The notes under the pieces are model-generated. The model was not told where the DNA came from and searched no databases. It saw nothing but the letters and a program-made list of their open reading frames with translations. The translations under genes and the position numbers were made by a program. Shown here in pieces: positions 1 to 14,298 of a stretch of DNA of 64,000 nt. Source of the stretch: Macrostomum hystrix (taxonomy: Eukaryota > Animalia > Platyhelminthes); assembly GCA_950097015.1 (NCBI GenBank), contig CATNEN010000025.1, positions 6,324,001-6,388,000 on the forward strand, given 5' to 3'. Positions within the stretch are counted from its first letter, which is position 1, and each line of letters starts with the position of its first letter.

Positions 1-310
1 GACCCAAGGGCCAGTGCAGGTGTTGTGTGTCAGGCACACTAGCAGGTGGGGACTGCACACCTATTGTACTCCCGGCTCTCTCGGACACCGGTTGACAGCC
101 GCGTGTCAGCCATGGAATTTATTTTTCCAAACATATCGGCAGCATCCAAACCCCACAGAATTGCCGCACAGAACTGCTTTATTCCACGCGCTGGAATTAC
201 GCTCGTATTATTACCCGACGAAATGTCGGTACTCATTTGCAGCTGAGTAGACTGTGTGCACATCAGGGCAAAGCAGCTTGCCAAAGGCTGCACGAATAGT
301 TCAAGACTAG

Positions 311-378
311 GTCGTGAGTCAAACCCAGGACTATCTGATCCAGAGTCCGAGACCTTACTGACTGAGCTATCCGCCCTC
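311..378 (-). pseudogene. tRNA-like relic (tRNA pseudogene or SINE head), Gln(CTG)-like loop
   Basis: The minus strand reads GGATAGCTCAGTCAGTAAGG (A-box-like), then GGACTCTGGATC (resembles the tRNA-Gln anticodon arm), then GGGTTTGACTC (degenerate B-box). The acceptor stem does not pair. Confidence 0.35.
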
Positions 379-399
379 ATCCCAAATAATATATGATCA

Positions 400-520
400 A
401 ATAATAACAGCTGGATGAACTGAAGCAATGCAGAGTCATAACTGTCTTGCTTGGAATCGAACCCCCGACCTTCTAATCACCAAGCTACGACCTGTTAGTC
501 TGGCACATGCGCGTCAGCAA
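400..520 (-). mobile_element. Decayed tRNA-derived SINE, same family as 45215-45430
   Basis: The minus strand has a B-box GGTTCGATTCC followed by CAGTTCATCCAGCTGT, matching CAGTTCACCCAGCTGT in the 45215 copy. Confidence 0.45.
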
Positions 521-538
521 ATAGGACAACAGAAGCAC

Positions 539-1054
539 CTGTTGCTGCTGCCTTCTATAGCTATTATAGACCCGATCGGCCATTCTCTCGTACTCCTCTC
601 GAGACGGAAACGGACCCTCGCCGCGCCGCATGGCCTCCTCCCAGTAGAACCGGTTGAACTGGTCTCGCCTGCTACGCTGATAATGATAGTCGTAGTGCCG
701 CTGAGAGCCAAAAGCTGGGTCATTCGCCGGGTCGCCGTAGTGTTGACCTCCTACTCTGCTATTCCCTAATCCCAATTGTTGGTCATAATCTGCCCTGCTA
801 TCAGCCTTGCTCAACACAGTGTAGGCTTCGTTCACTCGCACAAATTTCTCGTGAGCATCGGTGGACTCAAAAGCGGCAGGCGAGTCCGGATGGCACAGCT
901 TCGACTGTTTTATAAATGCGTCCCGAATGTCCTTACTGGTGGCGTCTTGTGGCACACCCAGCGTCTGGTAATGATTGGCTTGAGACCGGGGACGATGCTG
1001 CCGACTGCTTGATAGTCGGCGACAGATGGCCGATGTGAGCGCTGCTGGGCGATA
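539..1054 (-). CDS. J-domain (DnaJ) protein exon, DNAJC4-like; other exons not resolved
   Basis: NHYQTLGV...IRDAFIKQSKLCHPD...HEKFVRVNEAYTVLS...RADYD is a J domain with an intact HPD motif, preceded by an R/S-rich presequence-like stretch. The acceptor is ttgcag at 1055 and the probable donor is CAG|gtgctt at 538. The DNAJC4 assignment rests on recalled similarity only. Confidence 0.75.
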
Positions 1055-1121
1055 CTGCAAATTAAATCTAATATTAATAGACTCATGTCAACACGCTGCT
1101 CTATGCAATGTACTCTTTGGC

Positions 1122-1894
1122 CTATTCACTGTAGAATGCTAGTCTATTCACTGTAGAATGCTAGTCTATTCACTGTAGAATGCTAGTCTATTCACTGTAG
1201 AATGCTAGTCTATTCACTGTAGAATGCTAGTCTATTCACTGTAGAATGCTAGTCTATTCACTGTAGAATGCTAGTCTATTCACTGTAGAATGCTAGTCTA
1301 TTCACTGTAGAATGCTAGTCTATTCACTGTAGAATGCTAGTCTATTCACTGTAGAATGCTAGTCTATTCACTGTAGAATGCTAGTCTATTCACTGTAGAA
1401 TGCTAGTCTATTCACTGTAGAATGCTAGTCTATTCACTGTAGAATGCTAGTCTATTCACTGTAGAATGCTAGTCTATTCACTGTAGAATGCTAGTCTATT
1501 CACTGTAGAATGCTAGTCTATTCACTGTAGAATGCTAGTCTATTCACTGTAGAATGCTAGTCTATTCACTGTAGAATGCTAGTCTATTCACTGTAGAATG
1601 CTAGTCTATTCACTGTAGAATGCTAGTCTATTCACTGTAGAATGCTAGTCTATTCACTGTAGAATGCTAGTCTATTCACTGTAGAATGCTAGTCTATTCA
1701 CTGTAGAATGCTAGTCTATTCACTGTAGAATGCTAGTCTATTCACTGTAGAATGCTAGTCTATTCACTGTAGAATGCTAGTCTATTCACTGTAGAATGCT
1801 AGTCTATTCACTGTAGAATGCTAGTCTATTCACTGTAGAATGCTAGTCTATTCACTGTAGAATGCTAGTCTATTCACAGTAGAATGCTAGTCTA
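1122..1894. repeat. 22-bp minisatellite (CTATTCACTGTAGAATGCTAGT), about 35 near-identical copies
   Basis: Direct tandem repeat, essentially homogeneous, starting about 65 nt from the splice acceptor of the DnaJ exon. Confidence 0.98.
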
Positions 1895-2897
1895 CTACTT
1901 TGCAGTTTAACTTTCATCAATCGTCTTACCCGTTAGGGAAAAAATGAAAGTAGTATAGAGAGCGCATGATTACTGAATATTACTAATAAAAATGAGCCAC
2001 TTTAAAAGCCTGGCAGTTAGTAGCATTGTGTAGTATATTTTTAGTGTAAATAATTATAATGTAGCCATCCAATCAACAAATGATAACCATGTTTATGAAT
2101 AAATAAGTATGCACTTAGATATAATCAGAAGTCATTTATTGAATTGTGCTTTTAGAAGAAAAAAACGTGTTTTCGTCACAGTGCACAATCGATAGTAATA
2201 ACAGCTCGAAATGACAAACAATATTTAACAAAATTGAATGGTTTTCAACAGCATTCCCTATTCTATTAACAAGTCTTTGTTTATTCCATTGTTTTCTTGA
2301 GTGCACTTTGATCTAATCAATATGAAAAAATTCTGTTTAATTGAAAGAAGATTCTGAATAACAAACACTGCAGTAGGCGCAATCAACTATTTAAAAGTCC
2401 AAGGCAGTAAATCTTGGATAATAGACAGGAAACAGACAGTACCAGAGTATTTTCACAATAAAAACCTTTCTTACAAAGCGAAACTTAGTATTATTTTATG
2501 GAATAATGAATCAAGTTCTACCGGAAAAAGTTTAAAGTTAAAACACTGAGAATAGTAATTTATTGATTTTAAAATAAACAATTTTTTGAGTTATTCGTCT
2601 GATTCTAATATTCTATTATTTTCTAATTTCAATGCGCGCCAAAAAGAAGATTACGTCGATTTTGTTTTACTGCTTCAGGCGAATTCAAACTAGATTATTT
2701 TAGCCAGTGAATTCTAGGTAAGTTTCATCGGAAACTGGGGTGAATGTAAATTAAAGCACCAAAAAATGATGATGCCATACTGAAATAACATATGATAAAA
2801 TAATTACTTAGCAGTAGATAATCAGTCCTCAATTAGAAATCTCCACGTAAACTACTGCTCGTGAGTAGTAAAGAAAAACGATTCAGCCGGAGCGGGC

Positions 2898-5800
2898 TTA
2901 GATGCGCAAATTGGCCATCTTCTTCTGGATGGTGTCGGTGTCCCAGATGACGAGGCGGCCGTCTACGCCTACAGTGGAGAACTGACGAACCCGACTGCCA
3001 TCGAGCTTAATGACGGCCAGCTGGCTATAGTGGGGCGAGACAAACAAAAAAATAAGAGCCTCGATGAAAACTATGGGTAAGATGACATCTTTACAACTGA
3101 ATAGCTTACTGAAAGCTACTCAAAACTGATTATGACTCGAACCTGAGGATTGGGGATGATTATGACTCCAACCTGAGGATCTGGGATGACTATGACTCCA
3201 ACCTGAGGATTGGGGATGATTATGACTCCAACCTGAGGATTGGGGATGATTATGACTCCAACCTGAGGATCTGGGGATGATTATGACTCCAACCTGAGGA
3301 TTGGGGATGATTATGACTCCAACCTGAGGATTGGGGATGATTATGACTCCAACCTGAGGATTGGGGATGATTATGACTCCAACCTGAGGATTGGGGATGA
3401 TTATGACTCCAACCTGAGGATTGGGGATGATTATGACTCCAACCTGAGGATCTGGGGATGATTATGACTCCAACCTGAGGATCTGGGGATGATTATGACT
3501 CCAACCTGAGGATCTGGGATGACTATGACTCCATCCTGAGGATCTGGGGATGATTATGACTCCAACCTGAGGATCTGGGGATGATTATGACTCCAACCTG
3601 AGGATTGGGGATGATTATGACTCCAACCTGAGTATTGGGGATGATTATGACTCGAACCTGAGGATTGGGGATGATTATGACTCCAACCTGAGGATCTGGG
3701 ATGATTATGACTCCAACCTGAGGATTGGGGATGATTATGACTCCAACCTGAGGATCAGGGATGATTATGACTCGAACCTGAGGATTGGGGATGATTATGA
3801 CTCGAACCTGAGGATCAGGGATGATTATGACTCGAACCTGAGGATTGGGGATGATTATGACTCCAACCTGAGGATCAGGGATGATTATGACTCCAACCTG
3901 AGGATCAGGGATGATTATGACTCCAACCTGAGGATCAGGGATGATTATGACTCGAACCTGAGGATTGGGGATGATTATGACTCGAACCTGAGGATCAGGG
4001 ATGATTATGACTCGAACCTGAGGATTGGGGATGATTATGACTCCAACCTGAGGATCAGGGATGATTATGACTCGAACCTGAGGATCAGGGATGATTATGA
4101 CTCGAACCTGAGGATTGGGGATGATTATCACTCCAACCTGAGGATCAGGGATGATTATGACTCCAACCTGAGTATTGGGGATGATTATGACTCGAACCTG
4201 AGGATTGGGGATGATTATGACTCGAACCTGAGGATTGGGGATGATTATGACTCCAACCTGAGGATCAGGGATGATTATGACTCCAACCTGAGGATCAGGG
4301 ATGATTATGACTCCAACCTGAGGATCAGGGATGATTATGACTCGAACCTGAGGATTGGGGATGATTATGACTCCAACCTGAGTATTGGGGATGATTATGA
4401 CTCGAACCTGAGGATTGGGGATGATTATCACTCCAACCTGAGGATTGGGGATGATTATGACTCCAACCTGAGGATCTGGGATGACTATGACTCCAACCTA
4501 AGGATTGGGGATGACTATGACTCCAACCTGAGGATTGGGGATGACTATGACTCCAACCTGAGGATTGGGGATGATTATGACTCCAACCTGAGGATTGGGG
4601 ATGATTATGACTCCAACCTGAGTATTGAAGATGACTATGACTCCAACCTGAGTATTGAAGATGAATTTGACTCCAACCTGAGTATTGAAGATGATTATGA
4701 CTCCAACCTGAGTATTGAAGATGACTATGACTCCAACCTGAGTATTGAAGATGATTATGACTCCAACCTGAGTATTGAAGATGATTATGACTCCAACCTG
4801 AGTATTGAAGATGATTATGACTCCAACCTGAGTATTGAAGATGATTATGACTCCAACCTGAGTATTGAAGATGACTATGACTCCAACCTGAGTATTGAAG
4901 ATGACTATGACTCCAACCTGAGTATTGAAGATGATTATGACTCCAACCTGAGGATTGGGGATGATTATGACTCCAACCTGAGGATCTGGGATGATTATGA
5001 CTCCAACCTGAGGATTGGGGATGATTATGACTCCAACCTGAGGATTGGGGATGATTATCACTCCAACCTGAGGATCAGGGATGATTATGACTCCAACCTG
5101 AGGATTGGGGATGATTATGACTCCAACCTGAGGATCTGGGATGATTATGACTCCAACCTGAGGATTGGGGATGATTATGACTCCAACCTGAGGATTGGGG
5201 ATGATTATGACTCCAACCTGAGGATTGGGGATGATTATGACTCGAACCTGAGGATTGGGGATGATTATGACTCCAACCTGAGGATTGGGGATGATTATCA
5301 CTCCAACCTGAGGATCTGGGATGACTATGACTCCAACCTGAGGATCTGGGATGATTATGACTCCAACCTGAGGATCAGGGATGATTATGACTCCAACCTG
5401 AGGATCTGGGATGATTATCACTCCAACCTGAGTATTGGGGATGATTATCACTCCAACCTGAGGATCAGGGATGATTATGACTCCAACCTGAGGATTGGGG
5501 ATGATTATGACTCCAACCTGAGGATCTGGGATGATTATGACTCCAACCTGAGGATCTGGGATGACTATGACTCCAACCTGAGGATTGGGGATGATTATGA
5601 CTCCAACCTGAGGATTGGGGATGATTATCACTCCAACCTGAGGATTGGGGATGATTATCACTCCAACCTGAGGATTGGGGATGATTATGACTCCAACCTG
5701 AGGATCAGGGATGATTATGACTCCAACCTGAGGATCTGGGATGATTATCACTCCAACCTGAGTATTGGGGATGATTATCACTCCAACCTGAGGATCAGGG

Positions 5801-8800
5801 ATGATTATGACTCCAACCTGAGGATTGGGGATGATTATGACTCCAACCTGAGGATCTGGGATGATTATGACTCCAACCTGAGGATCTGGGATGACTATGA
5901 CTCCAACCTGAGGATTGGGGATGATTATGACTCCAACCTGAGGATTGGGGATGATTATCACTCCAACCTGAGGATTGGGGATGATTATCACTCCAACCTG
6001 AGGATCAGGGATGATTATGACTCCAACCTGAGGATTGGGGATGATTATGACTCATCCCCAATCATTGGGGATGATTATCACTCCAACCTGAGGATCTGGG
6101 ATGATTATGACTCCAACCTGAGGATTGGGGATGATTATCACTCCAACCTGAGGATTGGGGATGATTATGACTCCAACCTGAGGATTGGGGATGATTATGA
6201 CTCCAACCTGAGGATCTGGGATGATTAGATCCTCAGTATCCTCAGACTCCAACCTGAGTATTGAAGATGACTATGACTCCAACCTGAGTATTGAAGATGA
6301 CTATGACTCCAACCTGAGTATTGAAGATGATTATGACTCCAACCTGAGGATTGGGGATGATTATGACTCCAACCTGAGGATCTGGGATGATTATGACTCC
6401 AACCTGAGGATTGGGGATGATTATGACTCCAACCTGAGGATTGGGGATGATTATCACTCCAACCTGAGGATCAGGGATGATTATGACTCCAACCTGAGGA
6501 TTGGGGATGATTATGACTCCAACCTGAGGATCTGGGATGATTATGACTCCAACCTGAGGATTGGGGATGATTATGACTCCAACCTGAGGATTGGGGATGA
6601 TTATCACTCCAACCTGAGGATCAGGGATGATTATGACTCCAACCTGAGGATTGGGGATGATTATCACTCCAACCTGAGGATCTGGGATGACTATGACTCC
6701 AACCTGAGGATCTGGGATGATTATGACTCCAACCTGAGGATTGGGGATGATTATCACTCCAACCTGAGGATTGGGGATGATTATGACTCCAACCTGAGGA
6801 TTGGGGATGATTATCACTCCAACCTGAGGATTGGGGATGATTATGACTCCAACCTGAGGATTGGGGATGATTATCACTCCAACCTGAGGATTGGGGATGA
6901 TTATGACTCCAACCTGAGGATTGGGGATGATTATGACTCCAACCTGAGGATTGGGGATGATTATGACTCCAACCTGAGGATTGGGGATGATTATCACTCC
7001 AACCTGAGGATTGGGGATGATTATCACTCCAACCTGAGGATTGGGGATGATTATCACTCCAACCTGAGGATTGGGGATGATTATGACTCCAACCTGAGGA
7101 TTGGGGATGATTATCACTCCAACCTGAGGATTGGGGATGATTATCACTCCAACCTGAGGATTGGGGATGATTATGACTCCAACCTGAGGATTGGGGATGA
7201 TTATCACTCCAACCTGAGGATTGGGGATGATTATGACTCCAACCTGAGGATTGGGGATGATTATCACTCCAACCTGAGGATTGGGGATGATTATGACTCC
7301 AACCTGAGGATCTGGGATGACTATGACTCCAACCTGAGGATTGGGGATGATTATGACTCCAACCTGAGGATCTGGGATGATTATGACTCCAACCTGAGGA
7401 TCAGGGATGATTATGACTCCAACCTGAGGATCTGGGATGATTATGACTCCAACCTGAGGATTGGGGATGATTATGACTCCAACCTGAGGATCAGGGATGA
7501 TTATGACTCCAACCTGAGGATCTGGGATGACTATGACTCCCACCTGAGGATTGGGGATGACTATGACTCCAACCTGAGGATCTGGGATGACTATGACTTA
7601 AATCCCACGGTCTAGAAGGACGCAACTCACTTGATGGAATTCTGATGAACTGTGCTTAGCTTTTCAACGCTATCCTCCGTAGCCATGCGATCCATATTGC
7701 CAAACATAGTCTTGGCGGTCATCTTGGCGGATTCCCCAGACTGATCAGCCGACATGTCCAACTGGCCTACAATGGATAGTCCGTCGGCGGCATTGTAGCC
7801 GAATAGCACCGGGTAGCAGTCGTGCCCGGCCGCTACTAGGGCGGTGTCGCTCAGCCAGCAGCAGGTGAGCATTGGCAGCATGGGGAAGCGCAAAATCGTT
7901 ACAGCCTGAGTTGAGCCGTTAGCAACAGACACGGAGGAGTCGTGCGACACCCAGGCTAGGAGGCTGCCGTCGCGATTGAAGGCGACATCGCGAATCCAAC
8001 CGCCTGGTAGAAGTGGCAAATTTCATTGCTTTAGATTTTGTTATTATTAAAAAAACCTGCTTAAATAAGAATTCAGCAGATTCCAGATCAGTTCGTTGGG
8101 TGGGGAATCGAAGCAGATAAATGTGCACTTTAGACACCAGTTCTAATAGTAAAAAACAGGACAGAACCGATTAGAGAAGAATATGCGAAAAACGGTAACA
8201 GACAACATTCATTTATGCAACACAACATCACATATAGAAGAAAAAAATCCATTCTCCACGATTTTCCGCAAAATCCTCACATTTTACAGTAAAAACAAGG
8301 TTTAAAATTTTTTTTCTTCTTCATGCAACACAAGCTGGCAAAAAGGTTTAAGAAACTAGGAACGAGTAAAATAAATTTACTTTACTTATCACCATTAACA
8401 CCGAGAGACAATTGCCAAATGAGTGTGAGTCAGAAATGTAAAATACCTTGTACATTTTAGTGATATCATATCGGCTGTATTATCCTCACAGATCCCCAAT
8501 TAACAACATCGGCTGTGATATCCTCACAGATCCCCAATTAACTACATCGGCTGTGATATCCTCACAGATCCCCAATTAACAACATCGGCTGTGATATCCT
8601 CACAGATCCCCAATTAACTACATCAGCTGTGATATCCTCACAGATCCCCAATTAACTACATCGGCTGTGATATCCTCACAGATCCCCAATTAACTACATC
8701 GGCTGTGATATCCTCACAGATCCTCAATTAACTACATCGGCTGTGATATCCTCACAGATCCCCAATTAACAACATCGGCTGTGATATCCTCACAGATCCC

Positions 8801-11800
8801 CAATTAACTACATCAGCTGTGATATCCTCACAGATCCCCAATTAACTACATCGGCTGTGATATCCTCACAGATCCCCAATTAACTACATCAGCTGTGATA
8901 TCCTCACAGATCCCCAATTAACTACATCAGCTGTGATATCCTCACAGATCCCCAATTAACTACATCGGCTGTGATATCCTCACAGATCCTCAATTAACTA
9001 CATGGGCTGTGATATCCTCACAGATCCCCAATTAACTACATCGGCTGTGATATCCTCACAGATCCCCAATTAACTACATCAGCTGTGATATCCTCACAGA
9101 TCCCCAATTAACTACATCAGCTGTGATATCCTCACAGATCCCCAATTAACTACATCAGCTGTGATATCCTCACAGATCCTCAATTAAATACATCGGCTGT
9201 GATATCCTCACAGATCCTCAATTAACTACATCAGCTGTGATATCCTCACAGATCCCCAATTAACTACATCGGCTGTGATATCCTCACAGATCCCCAATTA
9301 ACTACATCAGCTGTGATATCCTCACAGATCCCCAATTAACTACATCAGCTGTGATATCCTCACAGATCCCCAATTAACTACATCTGCTGTGATATCCTCA
9401 CAGATCCTCAATTAACTACATCAGCTGTGATATCCTCACAGATCCCCAATTAACTACATCAGCTGTGATATCCTCACAGATCCCCACTTAACTACATCAG
9501 CTGTGATATCCTCACAGATCCTCAATTAACTACATCGGCTGTGATATCCTCACAGATCCCCAATTAACTACATCAGCTGTGATATCCTCACAGATCCCCA
9601 ATTAACTACATCAGCTGTGATATCCTCACAGATCCCCAATTAACTACATCAGCTGTGATATCCTCACAGATCCCCAATTAACTACATCAGCTGTGATATC
9701 CTCACAGATCCCCAATTAACTACATCAGCTGTGATATCCTCACAGATCCTCAATAGATGTCCGCAATAGGGGAAAGGGGATGGTTTCAACACAAAAAGTT
9801 TACATCACGACACCACTAAAAGATGCATCATACAGCTATCAGAGGTTAAAATCAAATACAACTCAAGGACTGGAGGTAAGGACAGTTGAGCACAGTTAGC
9901 TAGAAATAAAAAATAATAAAATTCTATATGCTGCACATATTAATTCGACATTTGTAAATTAGCTTCTTACCGCGATATGTGTCTGAATCTGCGATAGATA
10001 ATAGAAAGAATAATATGTTATGCAAATAAAGTGAAGAAATTCACAATTCACTAATTATTATGTATATATTAGTGCATAATTAGGTACAACACTCACTGCC
10101 ACCGTTGGTGTATTCGGCCATAACGCTGCCAAATTTCATATTGCCGCCCCAGCAGGTGGTGGCCGGCTTCTCGTCGGCCTCCTTGAGGTAGGCGCTAACC
10201 ACCCGAGCTTTGAAATCGGTGGCGCCAACAGCTAAGAGACAGTTGTTCGGGTGCCAGGCCAGGCAAGTGACGGTGGACTTGAATGGCTTCTTGATTTGCT
10301 TACAGACCCACCAGTTGTGCTCCTGTTCAATCGAGCAGGCATCAATACTTTGTACTTTTTTAACCTTCGAGAATGACATAGAAACTACAGACTGCAAGCA
10401 TGGACATTACAGACTGCAACCATGGACATTACAGACTGCAACCATGGACATTACAGACTGCAACCATGTCAATTACAGACTTCAAACATGTCAATTACAG
10501 ACTGCAACCATGGACATTACAGACTGCAACCATGGACATTACAGACTGCAACCATGGACATTACAGACTGCAACAATGGACAATACAGACTGCAACCATG
10601 GACATTACAGACTGCAACCATGGACATTACAGACTGCAACCATGGACATTACAGACTGCAACCATGGACATTACAGACTGCAACCATGGACATTACAGAC
10701 TGCAAACATGGACAATACAGACTGCAACCATGGACATTACAGACTGCAACCATGGACATTACAGACTGCAACCATGGACATTACAGACTGCAACCATGGA
10801 CATTACAGACTGCAAACATGGACAATACAGACTGCAACCATGGACATTACAGACTGCAACCATGTCAATTACAGACTTCAAACATGTCAATTACAGACTG
10901 CAAACATGGACAATACAGACTGCAACCATGGACATTACAGACTGCAAACCATGGACAATACAGACTGCAAACATAGACATTACAGACTGCAACCATTACA
11001 GACTACAGCCATGCCGATTAAAGACTGCAACCATGGACATTACAGACTACAGCCATGCCAATTAAAGACTGCAACCATGGACATTACAGACTGCAAACCA
11101 TGGACATTACAGACTACAGCCATGCCAATTAAAGACTGCAACCATGGACATTAGAGACTGCAACCATGGACATTACAGACTGCAACCACGTCGATTACAG
11201 ACTGCAACCATGGACATTACAGACTGCAACCATGGACATTACAGACTGCAACCATGGACATTACAGACTGCAACCATGTCGATTACAGACTGCAACCATG
11301 GACATTACAGACTGCAACCATGGACATTACAGACTGCAAACATGGACAATACAGACTGCAACCATGGACAATACAGAGTCACAGACTGCAACAATGGACA
11401 TTACAGACTGCAACCATGGACATTACAGACTGCAACCATGTCAATTACAGACTACAGCCATGTCGATTACAGACTGCAACCATGGACATTACAGACTACA
11501 GCCATGTCGATTACAGACTGCAATCCACAATTACAGTTCAGTTACAGTGGGGCAAACTTACAGGCTCAAAATGGCAGACGGAGACCAGTTTGGCACCGCT
11601 GCCAACAGCAAACTTATTTTCCAATGGGGACCATTTCACCACAGTGGCAGCCCGGTCTATGCGCAGCAGAACCAGAGTTGGACGAAATAGTCCGGCAGAG
11701 TCGCGAGTCCACACGTGAGCATTGCGATCAGCGCTAGCGGTGACTAGCCTATCAGTGCTTGGCGCCCAGTCCACACTGGTTACACGTTCGCTGTGCTCTT

Positions 11801-11948
11801 CAAGGGTCTGGCCTTTTAGCCACTTACCGCCGGACTTTGTATAGATATCGACATTGTTAGAATTTGGCGACAGGGCCAATTGGCTACAGTCTTTGTTGAA
11901 GCAGTGGCAGGTGATGGGCAAAATGCCAAATGAGTGTTCCTCGATCAT
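2898..11948 (-). CDS. ARPC1: Arp2/3 complex subunit 1 (WD40, p41-Arc), 370 aa
   Basis: Exons are 11948-11562, 10322-10097, 8003-7631 and 3024-2898, all GT-AG, phases 0/1/2 consistent, 1113 nt in total. Motifs: PITCHCFNKD, VTSVDWAP, RPTLVLLRIDRAATVVKWSPLENKFAVGSG, NWWVCKQIKKP, WHPNNCLLAVG, WVSHDS, HQNSI, and C-terminal FSTVGVDGRLVIWD...NLRI*. Confidence 0.97.
3128..7598. repeat. 30-bp minisatellite (GATGATTATGACTCCAACCTGAGGATTGGG and variants), about 149 copies, filling ARPC1 intron 3
   Basis: About 4.5 kb tandem array with blocks of variant units (AGTATTGAAG, ATCAGG, ATCTGG). Confidence 0.98.
8470..9754. repeat. 38-bp minisatellite (CTGTGATATCCTCACAGATCCCCAATTAACTACATCRG), about 34 copies, in ARPC1 intron 2
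   Basis: Direct tandem repeat with period 38 (CACAGATC at 8525 and 8563). Confidence 0.98.
10384..11524. repeat. 22-bp minisatellite (CATGGACATTACAGACTGCAAC and variants), about 52 copies, in ARPC1 intron 1
   Basis: Direct tandem repeat that produces the three overlapping repetitive ORFs in the track. Confidence 0.97.
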
Positions 11949-13309
11949 CTTTTTAATGTTTTTTTCGTTACCTTGAAAATAGCTGGAATTTTTTTTAAGA
12001 TAAGTAAATTAAGTGGCAGACAAAAGAAAACATATGAATATACACAATATTTGTTTCTAACTAGCAATTAGTTAAGAAGTAAAATTTAGAGACTGGACTA
12101 ACTTGTTAAGTACTTTATAAGTCGACAGTAGATGGTAACAAATATGAATGTTACAGGAAAGCTAAAAAATTTGCTAGAAAATTTTCCTATAATTTTTTGT
12201 TGCTAATTTCTATTTTAAATAGTTTTTTTTCTTGAGACTACTAAGAAACTACAAAAATCTAGCGCATTATGAATAATTATTATGCAATCATTTCACTTCT
12301 TAGAAGTAAAAAATCACATTGTTAACTGCTATCCCAGTTAATGCTAATATAATTTTTTAGTATAGATAAATGGAGCAAGTGAGATTTAGGTGACCTGCTA
12401 AATGACAAAATTAGTTCATGTTGGGCTGAGATTCCAACTCCTAACTTCTTGAGTCTTGGTCAGAAGTCTAAGGGTTACAAGCCCACTCAATGATAATGAT
12501 AATGATAATAATTAAACCTGTCTTAACTTTGACCAGTCTTACTTATTGGAACATTGGAGCTATGTGTTAAGCAACATGGGTGCATAAAAATGAACCCCAA
12601 CTAAATTCCTAATCGCCTAGATTTAAAATGTTCGACTATTTCAACTAATATGTACAGCAATACACAATTTTGATGAGTCCAAAAATTTAGAATACAAGTA
12701 ATTAGATTTATAAGTTAGAAATTTAGATTTATAATTAAAATTTAGAATACACAGAAAATGTATATTTACATTTGTTTTTATTAGAGTTCCACGAAAAACA
12801 AAATTTTACAGCATCTGTATCCATATCCATATCTACAAACTTTTCCCATAGACTAATTTTGGGATCTTAATATATTTCTATTGTCTCTGTGCTGTTTGTT
12901 TTACTGACTCTAGTGTACAATAAATTTGAAAACTCAAGACAAGGAAACTAGATATAGGAAACAGAAGTTCCAGATCCATATTTAACTATGTCTTTATTTG
13001 CAACTTCCCGGAGCCATATCAATAGCTACAGTGGAACTCTAGTTATTTATATTTGCTACTTTGATTGCTGAAGAAAGTAACATACTGCTTAATCTTCGGT
13101 CTAAATATACTATTGTCACTGACACAATATTTTGCTCAGAAATTAAAAAATATGTTTATAAAAGCCTATTTAAAAGCAAAATTACATTTTCAAGATTTAA
13201 AAAAGTATACAGACTTTTTTAAATAAATAAATGTTGAGTAAATATTATTTTACTTAATGCTAGCATATTTTATTTAAAAGCAAGATTTTTTCTTTTTATT
13301 GAACAGTCA

Positions 13310-13465
13310 CATTTACTTGCAACTTAGTGCTTGTATATGCCAAGTAGATAGCAATATTATCCATCTATACCTGACAGATTGAAACTAGTTTGTATAGGCC
13401 CCCTACCAACTTGATTTACATGTTTGAATGTATTCCAAGTGTACACCAACAACCATTGAAGACCC
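13310..13465. repeat. Old interspersed repeat, copy 1 (similar to 35050-35180)
   Basis: Shares collinear blocks with the 35050 copy: GCAACT(T/C)AG, TTGAAACT(A/G)GTTTG, CCAACTTGATTTAC and ACCAACA(A/G)CCA(T/C)TGA. Confidence 0.5.
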
Positions 13466-14298
13466 AAAATGTACCCTAAACTAGTGTGACATATAGGCTA
13501 CCTTCTAGACTATGGAAGATATGATCATAATAGATGCTATAGCTAAAATATATTAAGAACAATATGTGCCTAGACACTTCTGGAAATGGCCTAACAATTG
13601 TCAAAGCTATATTTATAGGTGAAACATACAGTAAAACCTAGACTTCTAGTTATTACATCATAGGAGTATTCACTGTATGTCTTATCATAATCTTAATATC
13701 AATGTATAAAACATTAAAATAGGTTTAGGGCCACATAAAATTTCAAACAAAATCATATTTTTCATTATATATTAAACTAGGCCTATAAACTTATACATGA
13801 TGTGTAATTAATAGTAGGCCCCTAAAAGGAATCAGGTCAAAAAACAATCGAAGGCAATACCCATCATATTTAAAATACATTAACAGTTTAAGCCATGAAA
13901 ATGGATAGCCTAAGCCTAGGCTAAGGCGAGAATATGGCTATACATTTGTTAATACTACTCTGAAATCCTGGTAATTGGCTTGATAACTGTGTGATATATT
14001 TTCCATCGGTTTTACTTTTCAGATAATTTTGCTTTCAGAAGAAAATCTTAAACTTAAACTGAAAGTATTGTAAACAATGAAACAACAGTATTTGAAAAGA
14101 GATATACTGCAGTATTTTTTCCATAGATTACTAGTAATTGATACATATTAGTTAGATAAGTAGCATGCCATTAAATCTTTAGTGCAGAAAAAAAACTTTT
14201 TGTTAATACCATTAATTATCTGAGGACTGAATTTATAGCCACTTAATGGCACTTATTCTGCATTCGACTGTCTGTTACCTCCACCCCAATAATAGCAC

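Noticed and set aside
39-428. 129-aa minus-strand ORF as the next DnaJ exon
   Set aside because: Its first half runs through SINE/tRNA-like relics, and I could not match the remainder to a DNAJC4-like C-terminus, so the gene's 3' exons are left uncalled.
1930-1967. Short ATG-containing exon (MRSLYYFHFFPNG|gtaag) as DnaJ exon 1
   Set aside because: It ends in phase 2 whereas the J-domain exon needs phase 0; at most it is a UTR exon.
3523-7615. Long ORFs of (IIIPNPQVGV)n and (DDYDSNLRIG)n, 300-500 aa
   Set aside because: They are stop-free frames of a 30-bp array lying inside ARPC1 intron 3, with no unique coding ends.
10210-11737. His/Cys-rich repeat ORFs (MDITDCNHGHYRLQPWTLQTAT)n
   Set aside because: The same peptide appears in all three frames because the unit is 22 bp, and the array is intronic.
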